Below are positions 17,667 through 27,222 of a stretch of DNA of 64,000 nucleotides, piece by piece. Every line of letters starts with the position of its first letter. Position 1 is the first letter of the stretch. Under the pieces are notes generated by a model, which saw only the letters and a list, made by a program, of their open reading frames with translations, searched no databases and was not told the DNA's origin. The stretch covers positions 16,042-80,041 of the forward strand of contig JBEKLM010000016.1 of the NCBI GenBank assembly GCA_050010195.1. Direction: 5' to 3'. The position numbers and the translations under genes were made by a program. The stretch is from Verrucomicrobiia bacterium. Lineage in GTDB: Bacteria; Verrucomicrobiota; Verrucomicrobiia; Palsa-1439.

Positions 17667-18521
17667 ATGGTTACGGATCGATACAACGAAAGCGGCGATA
17701 CCATCCAGCTCTACATGCGGGAGATTGGAGGGACGCCGTTGTTGACGCGCGCGGAGGAGATGAAACTGGCTTCGCGAGTGAAGCGAGGCGACAGGCGCGC
17801 ACGCGAACAGATGATCAAAGCCAATCTGCGCCTTGTCGTAAAAATTTCCTATGACTACGTTAATTATGGGATGCCGCTGCTGGACCTGATCAACGAAGGC
17901 AACATCGGCCTGATGAAAGCCGTTGAGCGATTTAATCCCCGGAAAGGCGCCAAACTTTCGACGTATGCGGCGTTGTGGATCAAGCAGTCGATCCGCCGCG
18001 CCCTGTCAAATCAGTCCAAGACGATCCGGCTGCCCGTTCACGTGGTGGACAAGGTCCACAAACTGCATCGCGCGAGTGTCGAACTGACCGAGACACTCGG
18101 GCGCGAGCCGACGGATGCCGAGTTGGCCAAGCGGCTGGGCATTTTGCCGGCCAAGGTGGCCCAGCTTCGCGCGTGCGGTGTGAGCCCCGTCAGCCTGGAC
18201 GCACCGATCGGGGACGAGGACGACAATCGATTCAGCGACATTGTCGAGGACGAGGGCGCGATGACGCCGTACGAACTGCTTCGGGTCAAGACGATGCGGC
18301 AGGAAATTCGCGAGCACATCAAGCACCTGACGCCGCGCGAGGCGGAAATCCTGACCATGCGTTTCGGACTGGACGGGAAGGAACCCCGCACGTTGGATGA
18401 CGTGGGCAAGAAATTCAAGGTGACACGCGAACGCATCCGCCAGATCCAGGAACTGGCGCTGGGCAAACTTCGCCGCCGCGTCGAGGCGCTCGACAACGGC
18501 GGCCTCATCGGCAAATCCTGA
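17667..18521 (+). CDS. RNA polymerase sigma factor, RpoD/sigma-70 family (no region 1.1)
   Basis: Regions 1.2 through 4.2 are recognisable: 'IQLYMREIG', 'ANLRLVVKI', 'DLINEGNIGLMKAVERF', 'STYAALWIKQSIRRAL', 'TLDDVGKKFKVTRERIRQIQ'. Confidence 0.85.
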   Translation: MVTDRYNESGDTIQLYMREIGGTPLLTRAEEMKLASRVKRGDRRAREQMIKANLRLVVKISYDYVNYGMPLLDLINEGNIGLMKAVERFNPRKGAKLSTYAALWIKQSIRRALSNQSKTIRLPVHVVDKVHKLHRASVELTETLGREPTDAELAKRLGILPAKVAQLRACGVSPVSLDAPIGDEDDNRFSDIVEDEGAMTPYELLRVKTMRQEIREHIKHLTPREAEILTMRFGLDGKEPRTLDDVGKKFKVTRERIRQIQELALGKLRRRVEALDNGGLIGKS

Positions 18522-18581
18522 CCGCTCTGACCCGGGCGTGGGACAGTGGGCAATAGCTGTTGGCGCGTCTTTTTTTTGCCC

Positions 18582-19349
18582 TTAGCTTTTCGCTGTTCCC
18601 CACCGGCGGTAGAGGAAACGTTCCCACGGTGAGAAGAGGATTTTGTCCGCGAGCAAACCGATGACAATGATGACCAGCATGATGCCGACGACCTGGTCCA
18701 TGGCTTGGAGTTCGCGTCCGTAGTTCAACAGGTTGCCCAATCCGATTCCCGTCAGGATCGTCACGTAAATCTCCGCCGCCATCAGCGAACGCCACGCAAA
18801 CGCCCATCCCTGCTTCATGCCGCTGACAATGAATGGCAGCGACGCCGGCACGATCACCTTCGCCCACGTATGCCATTGCTTCGAGCCCATCGTGCGCGCC
18901 GCCCGGGCGTAAATCGGCGGCACCGTCCGCACGCCGTTGTCCGTCGCGATCACTACCGACCACAGCGTTCCCATGATGACCACAAACAGCATGGCCGCCT
19001 CGGTCTGCCCGAACCACAGCAATGCCAGCGGGACCCAGCACACACTCGGCAGTGTCTGTAATCCCAACGCGATCACCCCCAAAGTGGATTCGCAGAACTT
19101 GAAGCGTGCCGTCAGCAGCCCCAACGGCAGCCCCAGGATCAAGCCGAGCCCATAGCCGATGAGCAGGCGCCGCACGGTCACCAGCGTCGCGTGTTCGAGG
19201 TCCCCGCTGGCCAGGGCGTCCTTGAGGTACTTCGCCACGCTCAGCGGTGACGGCACGAGCACGGGCGACCAGATCTTCATCCGCACCAGCATTTCCCACA
19301 TGCCGATGAGCAAGGCAAAAAAAGCGATGACCATCAACCGTCGCTTCAC
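18582..19349 (-). CDS. ABC transporter permease (SsuC/TauC/NrtB-like)
   Basis: 255 aa with 6 TM segments and an EAA-like loop 'ARAARTMGSKQW'. It overlaps the ATPase gene by 4 nt. Confidence 0.8.
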   Translation of the reverse strand: MKRRLMVIAFFALLIGMWEMLVRMKIWSPVLVPSPLSVAKYLKDALASGDLEHATLVTVRRLLIGYGLGLILGLPLGLLTARFKFCESTLGVIALGLQTLPSVCWVPLALLWFGQTEAAMLFVVIMGTLWSVVIATDNGVRTVPPIYARAARTMGSKQWHTWAKVIVPASLPFIVSGMKQGWAFAWRSLMAAEIYVTILTGIGLGNLLNYGRELQAMDQVVGIMLVIIVIGLLADKILFSPWERFLYRRWGTAKS

Positions 19350-20161
19350 TCCCCCACCTCCACCAATTCCGGGTTCAGGTGCCGCTTCAAAGCACGGGTG
19401 ATCTCCGAGGAATACTTCGCCAGGGCCACGCTGTTGATGTCGCGGGGCCGGGGCAACTCAACTCCAAACCTTTCCTGGATACGACCGGGGTGCGGCGAGA
19501 ACAACACTACGCGGTCGCCCAAGCAGGAGGCCTCGCGGACATTATGCGTGACGAAGATGATCGTCTTTTTCCGTTCCTGCCAGATCCGCTGGATGTCGCC
19601 GTAGAGTTGTTCGCGCGTGAGCGCGTCCAGCGCCCCAAATGGCTCGTCCATCAGCAGCACGCGTGGATTCGGTGCGAGTGCCCGCGCCAATGCGACACGC
19701 TGTTTCATGCCACCGGACAGTTCATGGATGTTGGCATCGGCAAATTTGCTCAGGCCCACGAGTTCGAGGTAGTACTTGGCGACCTCGCGACACTCGCTCG
19801 GGGACAGGTTCGGCTTGAGTTTCAGGCCGAACATCACGTTATCCATCACGTCGAGCCAGGGGAACAACGCTGATTCTTGAAACATCATCATCCGATCACG
19901 GCCCGGACCGGTGACGGGTTTGCCATTGGCCAGCACCTGCCCCCTGTCCGGCATTTCCAAACCCGCAATGATGTTCAAGAGCGTGGACTTGCCGCAACCC
20001 GACGGGCCGACCAGGCACACAAACTCGCTCTCGTGGATGTTCAGTGAGACGTTGTCGAGCGCATGTACGCTTGCCCGGCGTGTCCGGAACCACTTCGACA
20101 CACCGTCGACAACCAGCTTCACCGGTTGGACGTTTTGGAGTTCGTCCTGAATCGCCATCAT
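19346..20161 (-). CDS. ABC transporter ATP-binding protein (SsuB/TauB-like)
   Basis: Walker A 'GPSGCGKST', signature 'LSGGMKQR' and Walker B 'LLMDEP'. Confidence 0.9.
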   Translation of the reverse strand: MMAIQDELQNVQPVKLVVDGVSKWFRTRRASVHALDNVSLNIHESEFVCLVGPSGCGKSTLLNIIAGLEMPDRGQVLANGKPVTGPGRDRMMMFQESALFPWLDVMDNVMFGLKLKPNLSPSECREVAKYYLELVGLSKFADANIHELSGGMKQRVALARALAPNPRVLLMDEPFGALDALTREQLYGDIQRIWQERKKTIIFVTHNVREASCLGDRVVLFSPHPGRIQERFGVELPRPRDINSVALAKYSSEITRALKRHLNPELVEVGE

Positions 20162-21183
20162 TTGATTTCGGCCAGGCCCTTTTCCCGCAAAACCTCATTC
20201 AGTAGCTTGAGATCATAGATGTGCGACAAATCCGGCTTCTCCTTCAGGAATCCAATGTGATACGCGTCCTCGGCGGACTTCAACAGCGAGTCGCTGACCG
20301 GGTCGTACGTGAGCTGCAATCGCTTCCAGGCGCTGTTCAAGATGGCTTCCGGGAGCGACCGGGTTGTCTCCCTCCGGATCTCGTCATTCAGGATTCGCTT
20401 GGCGTCATCGGGGTGCGCGTTAATCCACTCCGTCAATTCCACGTGGGCGGTGATCCACTTCTTCAGCAGCGCCGGGCGGTCCTGAAGAAACTTCGCGCTG
20501 CTGACCAAATGCGTGGTGACATATCGGCCCCCCGTGCTTTTCCATAGTGAACCCTCATCAAGATACACCTTGCCTTTGGCCTCGAGCACCAACCGACTCA
20601 CCCACGGCTCGACGGTCCACACGGCGTCCATCTCGCCTCTTTGGAACAGGGAGAGTTGATCCGGGTTGTCCGTGGGAATGACCCGGGCATCACCCCCGAT
20701 CATGGTGATCCGTAGCCCTTTCGACAACAACCAGGCCCGACACGCGACATCCTGAGTGTTGCCGAACTGTGGCGTGGCAATCCGCTTGCCTCGAAAATCG
20801 GTGTCCTTGGTAATTCGCCCGCCGGGTTGCACCACCAGCGCGGCGCCGCCGCTGCACGCGCCGGCAACAATGCGGATCTCGTCGCCATGTGACCGCAGGT
20901 ACGCGTTGACGGCTGGATTCGGACCGACATACGTGAGGTCGATCGACCGCGCAAAAATGGCTTCCATCGCGCTGGGCCCGGCGTTGTACACGAACCACTG
21001 CACCTCAACGTCCGGCCCGAGCCGCTCCTCAAACCACCCCTTGCCCGAGCGGCTTAGCCCGTGGGCGATGACGGCTTGCGCATGCGTCACGTTCGGAAAA
21101 TGGCCGACACGTAAAATGATCTTCTCCGCGCGAACGGACGCACACAGGCACAAACACAGTACCAGCATCAACGTCGTTTTCAT
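20158..21183 (-). CDS. ABC substrate-binding protein (SsuA/NMT1-like; sulfonate/nitrate/taurine class)
   Basis: Start trimmed to the ATG at 21183, which gives the signal peptide MKTTLMLVLCLCLCASVRA. The mature domain resembles SsuA/TauA-type binding proteins. Confidence 0.7.
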   Translation of the reverse strand: MKTTLMLVLCLCLCASVRAEKIILRVGHFPNVTHAQAVIAHGLSRSGKGWFEERLGPDVEVQWFVYNAGPSAMEAIFARSIDLTYVGPNPAVNAYLRSHGDEIRIVAGACSGGAALVVQPGGRITKDTDFRGKRIATPQFGNTQDVACRAWLLSKGLRITMIGGDARVIPTDNPDQLSLFQRGEMDAVWTVEPWVSRLVLEAKGKVYLDEGSLWKSTGGRYVTTHLVSSAKFLQDRPALLKKWITAHVELTEWINAHPDDAKRILNDEIRRETTRSLPEAILNSAWKRLQLTYDPVSDSLLKSAEDAYHIGFLKEKPDLSHIYDLKLLNEVLREKGLAEIK

Positions 21184-21188
21184 CAGGT

Positions 21189-21665
21189 TCACTTCTTTAA
21201 TTCGGCAAACGGCAGGGGCACTTTGTCCCGTCGCATCTTGCGAAGGGTCACCTCCACCGTGTCGGCCAGGGTATAGCGGTCCAGAATGTCGGCGATCGCA
21301 TTGCGGACATCCACCATCAACAACCGTAGTCCACAATGCGCCTCATCGGGACAGGAACACGGGTGGTACGCGGTCACGCTCGCGCATGAGATCGGCGCCA
21401 GCGGACCGTCGATCAGCCGCACAATCTCGCCAATGGTGATCTTGGCCATCGGTTTCCTGAGAAAATAGCCGCCGCCCTTGCCGCGTTTGCTGTCCAAATA
21501 GCCCGCGCGATTCAATTCCAGCAGAATCGCTTCCAAGAACTTCACGGGGATGTTTTCTTTCTCGGCCAATTGACGGATCTGGATCATCGGCCGACCCAAT
21601 TCTTGCGCGATACCGAGATTGATCAGCGACCGCAGGGCATACTCGCCTCGTTTCGACACCTTCAT
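21189..21665 (-). CDS. Rrf2-family transcriptional regulator (IscR/CymR-like)
   Basis: 'MKVSKRGEYALRSLINLG', 'KFLEAILLELNRAGYLDSKRGKGGGY', and a Cys cluster (C..C.C....H.C) that could ligate an Fe-S centre. Confidence 0.85.
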   Translation of the reverse strand: MKVSKRGEYALRSLINLGIAQELGRPMIQIRQLAEKENIPVKFLEAILLELNRAGYLDSKRGKGGGYFLRKPMAKITIGEIVRLIDGPLAPISCASVTAYHPCSCPDEAHCGLRLLMVDVRNAIADILDRYTLADTVEVTLRKMRRDKVPLPFAELKK

Positions 21666-21688
21666 TTCGAGGGAAGTCTACGCGTTAA

Positions 21689-21967
21689 CTAGAGAATTGC
21701 AAACTTCTTTTCCGTCGTCGTCTCCCTCGTTCCTGACGGCGCAACCCCGCGCGGCGAGGTAATTCCACCGTGCGACGGGTTGATGGTGACGTTGTCACCG
21801 GTCTTGTCGTTCCAGTCCTTCACGAACGCGGCATTGTCGTTTTCGTACAACTCGCGTGTTGGATCACACGACACATTCCGAAACGCGATGTCCCTGGCTG
21901 CCGCCCCCCCACGCTGGCCCCCAACACGAGGGCCAGCGTGATGAATGTCTAGAGAGTCCGTTTCATG
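21689..21967 (-). pseudogene. Remnant of a sulfate/thiosulfate-binding protein gene (Sbp/CysP-like N-terminus)
   Basis: The ATG at 21967 is followed by an in-frame TAG at codon 6 and a signal-peptide-like TFITLALVLGASVGG. A frame change then occurs at a C7/G7 homopolymer (21905-21911). After it comes 'DPTRELYENDNAAFVKDWNDKTGDNVTINPSHGG', which matches the Sbp N-terminal region, and similarity stops about 25 codons later. Confidence 0.5.
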
Positions 21968-21983
21968 GATCGAGACATCGCCG

Positions 21984-23429
21984 TTAGAACTGCAATTGCA
22001 CGCGACCAAACATGTCCTCCTCGGTCTCGCGGTTGTTGGGCGCCGTCGTGGTCCCTGCGCCGCCGTCGAACACCGTCTGTTCATAATCCAGGGATAGTTT
22101 GACGTTCCTGTTCGGGTACCAGTTGATGCCCACGCCCCACTCACGCGCCTCTTGGGCCGACTTCGTCGGGTCGGCAAAATGGCTGAACGCGTCCGGGTCA
22201 ATACGCAATTCACCGTAACGCGCGGCGATCTCAAATGCCCCCCAACCGCCTGCGGCCAGGTTGAATGGATGGCGCGGCGTCAGTGCGTAGGCTGGATTAT
22301 AGGGCGAACCACGGTACCTCGCTTCTTCGCCCGTGAGGAAGAAGCCGCCCTCTACCTGCCAGGCGCTGTTGTGAAGATTGTCCCTGTACGTTCCCGTACG
22401 AACCTCCTGTTCTGAGACGGCGTATTCCCCCAGCAAGTTGAATGGTCCGTAGTAATAATAGGCCTGCGGTGTGCCGCGCAATTCAGTCCCATCGTCGGCC
22501 ACCCCAGAACGGTACGAAAAGAACGTCAGTTGTCCTGTTGTCTTGTACGTTGGCAGGTTCGTCGTGGAACTCGTAAATGTATGATCTCCAATCGTCCCGG
22601 CCGCCCCGAAGCCAAATCCTTGTAACGGACTGATCTCGGTCGTCTTGAACGGCTGGATGAAAATACGCCCCGCCGCGTCTTTCGCATCCCCCGTGTCAAG
22701 ATCGCCGATCGCCCCATCCACGAGCTCGTTGAAGACCCCGCCGGCGTAGTTGACGGTCCCGTCCAACAAATCACCCGACACTTGAACACCAACGTCACGC
22801 TGCGGCACCAGATCCGTTGGCAACCCGCGCTCCATGAAAATCAAATCAGTGTCTGACATTAGTTGCTCCAATCCCACGGGCGGTTTGAATTTACCAGCTC
22901 TGATTTTCAGCCATGACCAATGATGCCATTCCAGATAAGCGTCCTGCAGAAGCGACGAGGCGGCCGCCCCGTTCCCAAAGTCCGTCATGATGCGAAAATC
23001 GAAATCCTGATAGAACGTGCCCTCGAGAATCGGACGAACTCGCCGCATGAGAAACGTGTCGACTCCATTATTCGCCCTGTCGCCAAGGTAAAACCTCCCG
23101 TCCGCCTGCGCGTACCCACCGATTCGCACCACAAAGTTGCTGTCCGCTGACCGAAATCGGAAGCTCTCCGGCCCGGTGCTGATAATTGACGCACTTTTCG
23201 CCTGCTGCGCCGCTTGAACGGCAGCGTGCTGCGCCTGCTGTTGTGCTTGTTGTTGGTCGAGTTCCCGCTGCTGTTTGAGGTCCTGGATCTCCTGCTCCAG
23301 TCGATTGATCTTGTCATCGACCGTGGCCGCGGGCGCGGCGTTGGTGTCATCCGCGAACAACCTCCCGGTGGATGCAACGACTGTTGCCACCACCGCCATC
23401 AGAACTAGAATGCGTTGACGCATCTTCAT
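21984..23429 (-). CDS. Outer-membrane porin, OprO/OprP-like (anion-selective family)
   Basis: Signal peptide, an N-terminal Q-rich coiled coil, alternating beta-strand pattern and a C-terminal '...RVQLQF' with terminal Phe. Confidence 0.6.
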   Translation of the reverse strand: MKMRQRILVLMAVVATVVASTGRLFADDTNAAPAATVDDKINRLEQEIQDLKQQRELDQQQAQQQAQHAAVQAAQQAKSASIISTGPESFRFRSADSNFVVRIGGYAQADGRFYLGDRANNGVDTFLMRRVRPILEGTFYQDFDFRIMTDFGNGAAASSLLQDAYLEWHHWSWLKIRAGKFKPPVGLEQLMSDTDLIFMERGLPTDLVPQRDVGVQVSGDLLDGTVNYAGGVFNELVDGAIGDLDTGDAKDAAGRIFIQPFKTTEISPLQGFGFGAAGTIGDHTFTSSTTNLPTYKTTGQLTFFSYRSGVADDGTELRGTPQAYYYYGPFNLLGEYAVSEQEVRTGTYRDNLHNSAWQVEGGFFLTGEEARYRGSPYNPAYALTPRHPFNLAAGGWGAFEIAARYGELRIDPDAFSHFADPTKSAQEAREWGVGINWYPNRNVKLSLDYEQTVFDGGAGTTTAPNNRETEEDMFGRVQLQF

Positions 23430-23663
23430 GGTTCCTTTCTTCTGGACTCCTGTTTACCTACTGGGTTACAGCCGAGTTGTCCGGCTAATTGTCTATTCTT
23501 TTAGTAGACATTAATAACCCTACTATTCCAGTAGATGTTTGCAAGCATTATTTCACACTTTCTCGACGGCATCCCGGCTCCGCGCAAACCCTTGCGCCCC
23601 AAGCCCGCACTTGGCTGGCGCATTCCCTTGTGATACACTTCCCTCTATCACGGAAACGCCATC

Positions 23664-24896
23664 ATGCCCCAAGAAATCAAGACCCTGCTTATCGATGACC
23701 GCGAATCGGACGCCGATTACGTCCGCAGCTTCCTCCAGAAGCTGAGTTCGGACTACACCTTCCGCACGACATGGGAATCCGATCCAACCCGGGCGTTGTT
23801 GCGGCTGACTCAGGAGCTCTTCGATCTGGTCCTGCTCGACTACCAAATGCCGGCCATGAGTGGTCTGGACGTCCTGTCCACGATCCGCCAGGCGCACCGC
23901 ACTCTGCCCATAATCATGCTCACGGGAATGGGCGATGAGCGCATCGCCGTCGAGGCGATGAAACGGGGCGCCCACGACTATCTCAAGAAGGATCAGATGA
24001 ATCTCGCCGATCTGGCGCGCGCGATCATCACCGTCCTCCAGCGCAAGCATCTGGAAGATCAACTCGAGGATCAGCGACGCCTGGCCGATCGGGACCTGCG
24101 CATGGCGCGCGAGTTGCAGCAGGCGTTTCTGCCACAGAGTTTTCCGCACTTTGCCCCACAACAAACACCGGATGCCATGGGGCTCCGGTTTTATCACCAT
24201 TACACCCCGACCCTCTCCGTCGGTGGCGATTTTTTTGATGTGGTGCCGATCGATGACAACTCGGCTGGTATCTTCGTGTCCGACATCGCGGGTCACGGAA
24301 TCCAGGCCGCGCTCGTCACGGCCGCGCTGCGCACGTTGATTGAGGAACTGAAGGAAGTGGCCGGAGACCCCGAGGAGTTTCTGACGGAAGTCAACGCGGG
24401 CCTGAGCCGCATCTTGCGGCAAACAACCGCGCCACTCTACGCCTCGGCGTTCTACCTGAAAATCGACCTCGCCGAAAAGCGCGCGAGTTTCGCCAACGCG
24501 GGGCACCCGCCCCAACTTCATCTCCGTCGCAAACGGGAAGAGGTCGAGCGGCTGTTTGACAAGAGCAAGACAGGACCCGTGCTCGGCATGGAGGAACAAG
24601 CCGTGTTTCCCGCGCACGCCACGTCCGTCGATGACGAGGATGCCTTCGTTCTCTACACCGATGGTATCCTCGATGTGCCCAACGCGGAGGGTGAACCCTT
24701 GGGACTCGCGCATCTGGAAGCTGCCGCCAAACAAATGCTCCACGAAAGCCCCCAGCGCATCGTCGAGCACATCGTCGACACCGCCAATCGACACGCGGGA
24801 AACACAGTGTTTCCCGATGACATTTGTCTCGTAGCGGTCGAAGCCGGTTCCTTGTTGGTTCGCGCCTTCCAGGATCCGCATGCCCCCTCCGCTTAG
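23664..24896 (+). CDS. Response regulator receiver fused to PP2C/SpoIIE-type phosphatase
   Basis: REC motifs (LLIDD, 'LVLLDYQMP', 'DYLKK') followed by SpoIIE-like 'GGDFFDV', 'SDIAGHG' and 'YTDGI'. Confidence 0.85.
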   Translation: MPQEIKTLLIDDRESDADYVRSFLQKLSSDYTFRTTWESDPTRALLRLTQELFDLVLLDYQMPAMSGLDVLSTIRQAHRTLPIIMLTGMGDERIAVEAMKRGAHDYLKKDQMNLADLARAIITVLQRKHLEDQLEDQRRLADRDLRMARELQQAFLPQSFPHFAPQQTPDAMGLRFYHHYTPTLSVGGDFFDVVPIDDNSAGIFVSDIAGHGIQAALVTAALRTLIEELKEVAGDPEEFLTEVNAGLSRILRQTTAPLYASAFYLKIDLAEKRASFANAGHPPQLHLRRKREEVERLFDKSKTGPVLGMEEQAVFPAHATSVDDEDAFVLYTDGILDVPNAEGEPLGLAHLEAAAKQMLHESPQRIVEHIVDTANRHAGNTVFPDDICLVAVEAGSLLVRAFQDPHAPSA

Positions 24897-25612
24897 TCAA
24901 CGGTCCGCGATCGGTGTTGGGCGTGGTTTTCGTCGATCGGTGTGTAGGCGTCGTCGAGGCTCACCCCGGGCAGCCATTCCCCGCGCCCGTCGAGATACAG
25001 GACATTCCGCCCGGCGCGACCGTGATTGTCAAATTGATCAAGGTCGTGACGGCAATCCGCCGGGCATTCGCCGTTGCGGTCCCAGTGTTTATCGGCCAGC
25101 AGCAGAAAATCGTCCCGGTCATGAATCGTGAACCCCGCCACGTAAGCGTAGCTCACGTTGTACCAGAAGAAACTCGCGTGAGGTTCCTCGCCAGGAACCC
25201 ACGGCGGGGCGCCGGTGGCGACGCGCACCCGAGCGTGGCCGGTCGAACCGTCGTCGCTCAACGGCATCGCGGGATCGCCATCCTCTTTATCGCTGGGGCA
25301 AACAAAGATGGATGGGTTGTGGGTGTATCCCAAATTCAGCAGCAGCGAACAATGCCGGTCGAGCCCGTTCTCGGCTTCGCCGCGCCTCCCATCGCGCCCG
25401 AGCGCCGACATCGCCGGAAACCAGCCGCGGAAATCACTCGCATATAACGACATGGCGGCCCAGATGGCGCGCTCGTTGCCCAGACAGCGCGCCCGACGCG
25501 CGCGTTCCAACTGCACGTCCAACGCCGGCAACGCCAGCGCGACCAGCAAGGCGACCAAACTGATCAAGGTCAGGGCATTGGCCATTCCCGCTTTCGGTGG
25601 CGAAGGCTTCAT
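24893..25612 (-). CDS. DUF1559 / H-X9-DG pseudopilin-like protein with degenerate prepilin N-terminus
   Basis: The ATG at 25612 overlaps the kinase TGA (ATGA). It has the hydrophobic N-terminus 'LTLISLVALLVALALPAL', 'FVCPSD' and a C-terminal 'NVLYLDGRGEW'. The usual Glu of TLIE is Ser. Confidence 0.6.
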   Translation of the reverse strand: MKPSPPKAGMANALTLISLVALLVALALPALDVQLERARRARCLGNERAIWAAMSLYASDFRGWFPAMSALGRDGRRGEAENGLDRHCSLLLNLGYTHNPSIFVCPSDKEDGDPAMPLSDDGSTGHARVRVATGAPPWVPGEEPHASFFWYNVSYAYVAGFTIHDRDDFLLLADKHWDRNGECPADCRHDLDQFDNHGRAGRNVLYLDGRGEWLPGVSLDDAYTPIDENHAQHRSRTVD

Positions 25613-27222
25613 GGCTTCCGTACCTCCCGCCGGGGAATCGCGAACGTGAACGTAGCGCCGTTGCTTGGCTCGCTCTTCGCCCACACGCGGCCACCCTGTT
25701 TTTCAATCGCCCGCTTCACCGTGCTCAATCCGATGCCTGTCCCCTCGAATTCCTCCGCCGTGTGCAGCCGCTGAAATATCTGAAACAATTTCTCGTGGTC
25801 TTTCATGTCGAATCCGCAGCCATTGTCACTCACGCTGAAGACGAACTGGCCGTTCTCCACGCTGCCGCGCACGATGATCCGCGGTGGCTTTGCGTCCCGG
25901 CTGTATTTGATTGCGTTGTCCAACAGGTTCGCGATGGCCTGCCGCAACATCGCCCGGTCGGCGGCCACCACGGGCACCGGGACATCCACTTCGACCGACG
26001 TTTTTCGTTGCTCGATCTCGGCCTGCCGCTCGCCCAAAATTGATTCCACGAGCCCGCGCACGTCCACCGGCGCCAGTTCGGCCTCGCGCCGCTCCAGCCG
26101 CGAATACTCCAGCAGGTCGTCGATGAACTGTTTCATGTTGGCCGCCGCCTTGCCCACGTTCTCCGTGTAACGGCGGCCCGTCTCGTCGAGCTTTGCAGTG
26201 TAGTCATCCAACAAAAACTGCGAGTACGTTTGGATTCCACGTAATGGCGCTTTCAAGTCGTGCGACACGGTGTAGGCGAACGTTTCCAGTTCTTTCGCGC
26301 GAGTTTCCAATTCGCGTGTTCGCTCGGCGACCTTTTTTTCCAAACCTTTCGAGTAATCCCGCAGTTCCGCCTGCGCGACTTCCAGGCGGGTCGTGAGCTT
26401 TCGCTGGGCGCGAAACAAGGTCACACTCTCGACGAACAGCCCGATCAGCGGCGGAATGTAGCTCGCAATCTTGAGCACCGACGCGAGATTGAATAATCCA
26501 TCGTACACCGCCGCGGAGCGCGCCATGTAGGCCTGCACGAAAATCGCCACCACCAGCGACACCAGTACCGACCCGAGCATCGCTCCGCCCTGCCGCCGAT
26601 AAATCCCCCAATACCCCGGCACCGCGGCGACCATGAGCAAGGCAACAACCAGTTGCCACGGCCTGTGGATTGAACCCCCAAACACATCGCGCATGGATCC
26701 CGGCACCGAAACCATCAGGGACAGTTGCACCAGTGCGAATGCGATGCTGATTCCGATCAGAGTCGCGGGCACAAGTTCGGCCCGCACGTTGGCCGCCCTG
26801 GGGAAATGGCGGTTCGCCACCAGCCCGGCCAGTAGGAACAAGGCCATGGCCAGACGCCCCGCTGTCCACGCGCTCATCACCCCGACCGTCTGCCCGACCA
26901 GCGGCTGCACGTAAAAGCCTTGTGACAGCAGCGCGGAGACCAAATCCGAAATCGACGCGCTCAGATAGGCCAGCCCGATGAACAATGGCAGCCGTCGCGC
27001 CTCCAGTCCGTAATGCAGCAGCGCGAACGCGGCGACCTCGAACGCGAGGAACGCGCCGATGGATTCTTCCATCAACTGCCAGCGGGCGTTTCCCTGCCAT
27101 TCGAGGTTCTGCACGAGCAGAAAACTCACCACCAGCAATGCCGCCAGCGCCGCGAGCAAACCCACCAGCAGCGTCCGCGTCCAGGTTCCCGTCTTCATCC
27201 GCCCAAATGGTACCCCTCGCAC
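25609..27222 (-). CDS. Sensor histidine kinase with multi-TM N-terminal domain
   Basis: About 8 TM helices, a coiled coil, the HisKA H-box 'YTVSHDLKAPLR', the N-box 'LLDNAIKY' and G-boxes 'DNGCGF' and 'GTGIGL'. Confidence 0.85.
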   Translation of the reverse strand: MRGVPFGRMKTGTWTRTLLVGLLAALAALLVVSFLLVQNLEWQGNARWQLMEESIGAFLAFEVAAFALLHYGLEARRLPLFIGLAYLSASISDLVSALLSQGFYVQPLVGQTVGVMSAWTAGRLAMALFLLAGLVANRHFPRAANVRAELVPATLIGISIAFALVQLSLMVSVPGSMRDVFGGSIHRPWQLVVALLMVAAVPGYWGIYRRQGGAMLGSVLVSLVVAIFVQAYMARSAAVYDGLFNLASVLKIASYIPPLIGLFVESVTLFRAQRKLTTRLEVAQAELRDYSKGLEKKVAERTRELETRAKELETFAYTVSHDLKAPLRGIQTYSQFLLDDYTAKLDETGRRYTENVGKAAANMKQFIDDLLEYSRLERREAELAPVDVRGLVESILGERQAEIEQRKTSVEVDVPVPVVAADRAMLRQAIANLLDNAIKYSRDAKPPRIIVRGSVENGQFVFSVSDNGCGFDMKDHEKLFQIFQRLHTAEEFEGTGIGLSTVKRAIEKQGGRVWAKSEPSNGATFTFAIPRREVRKP

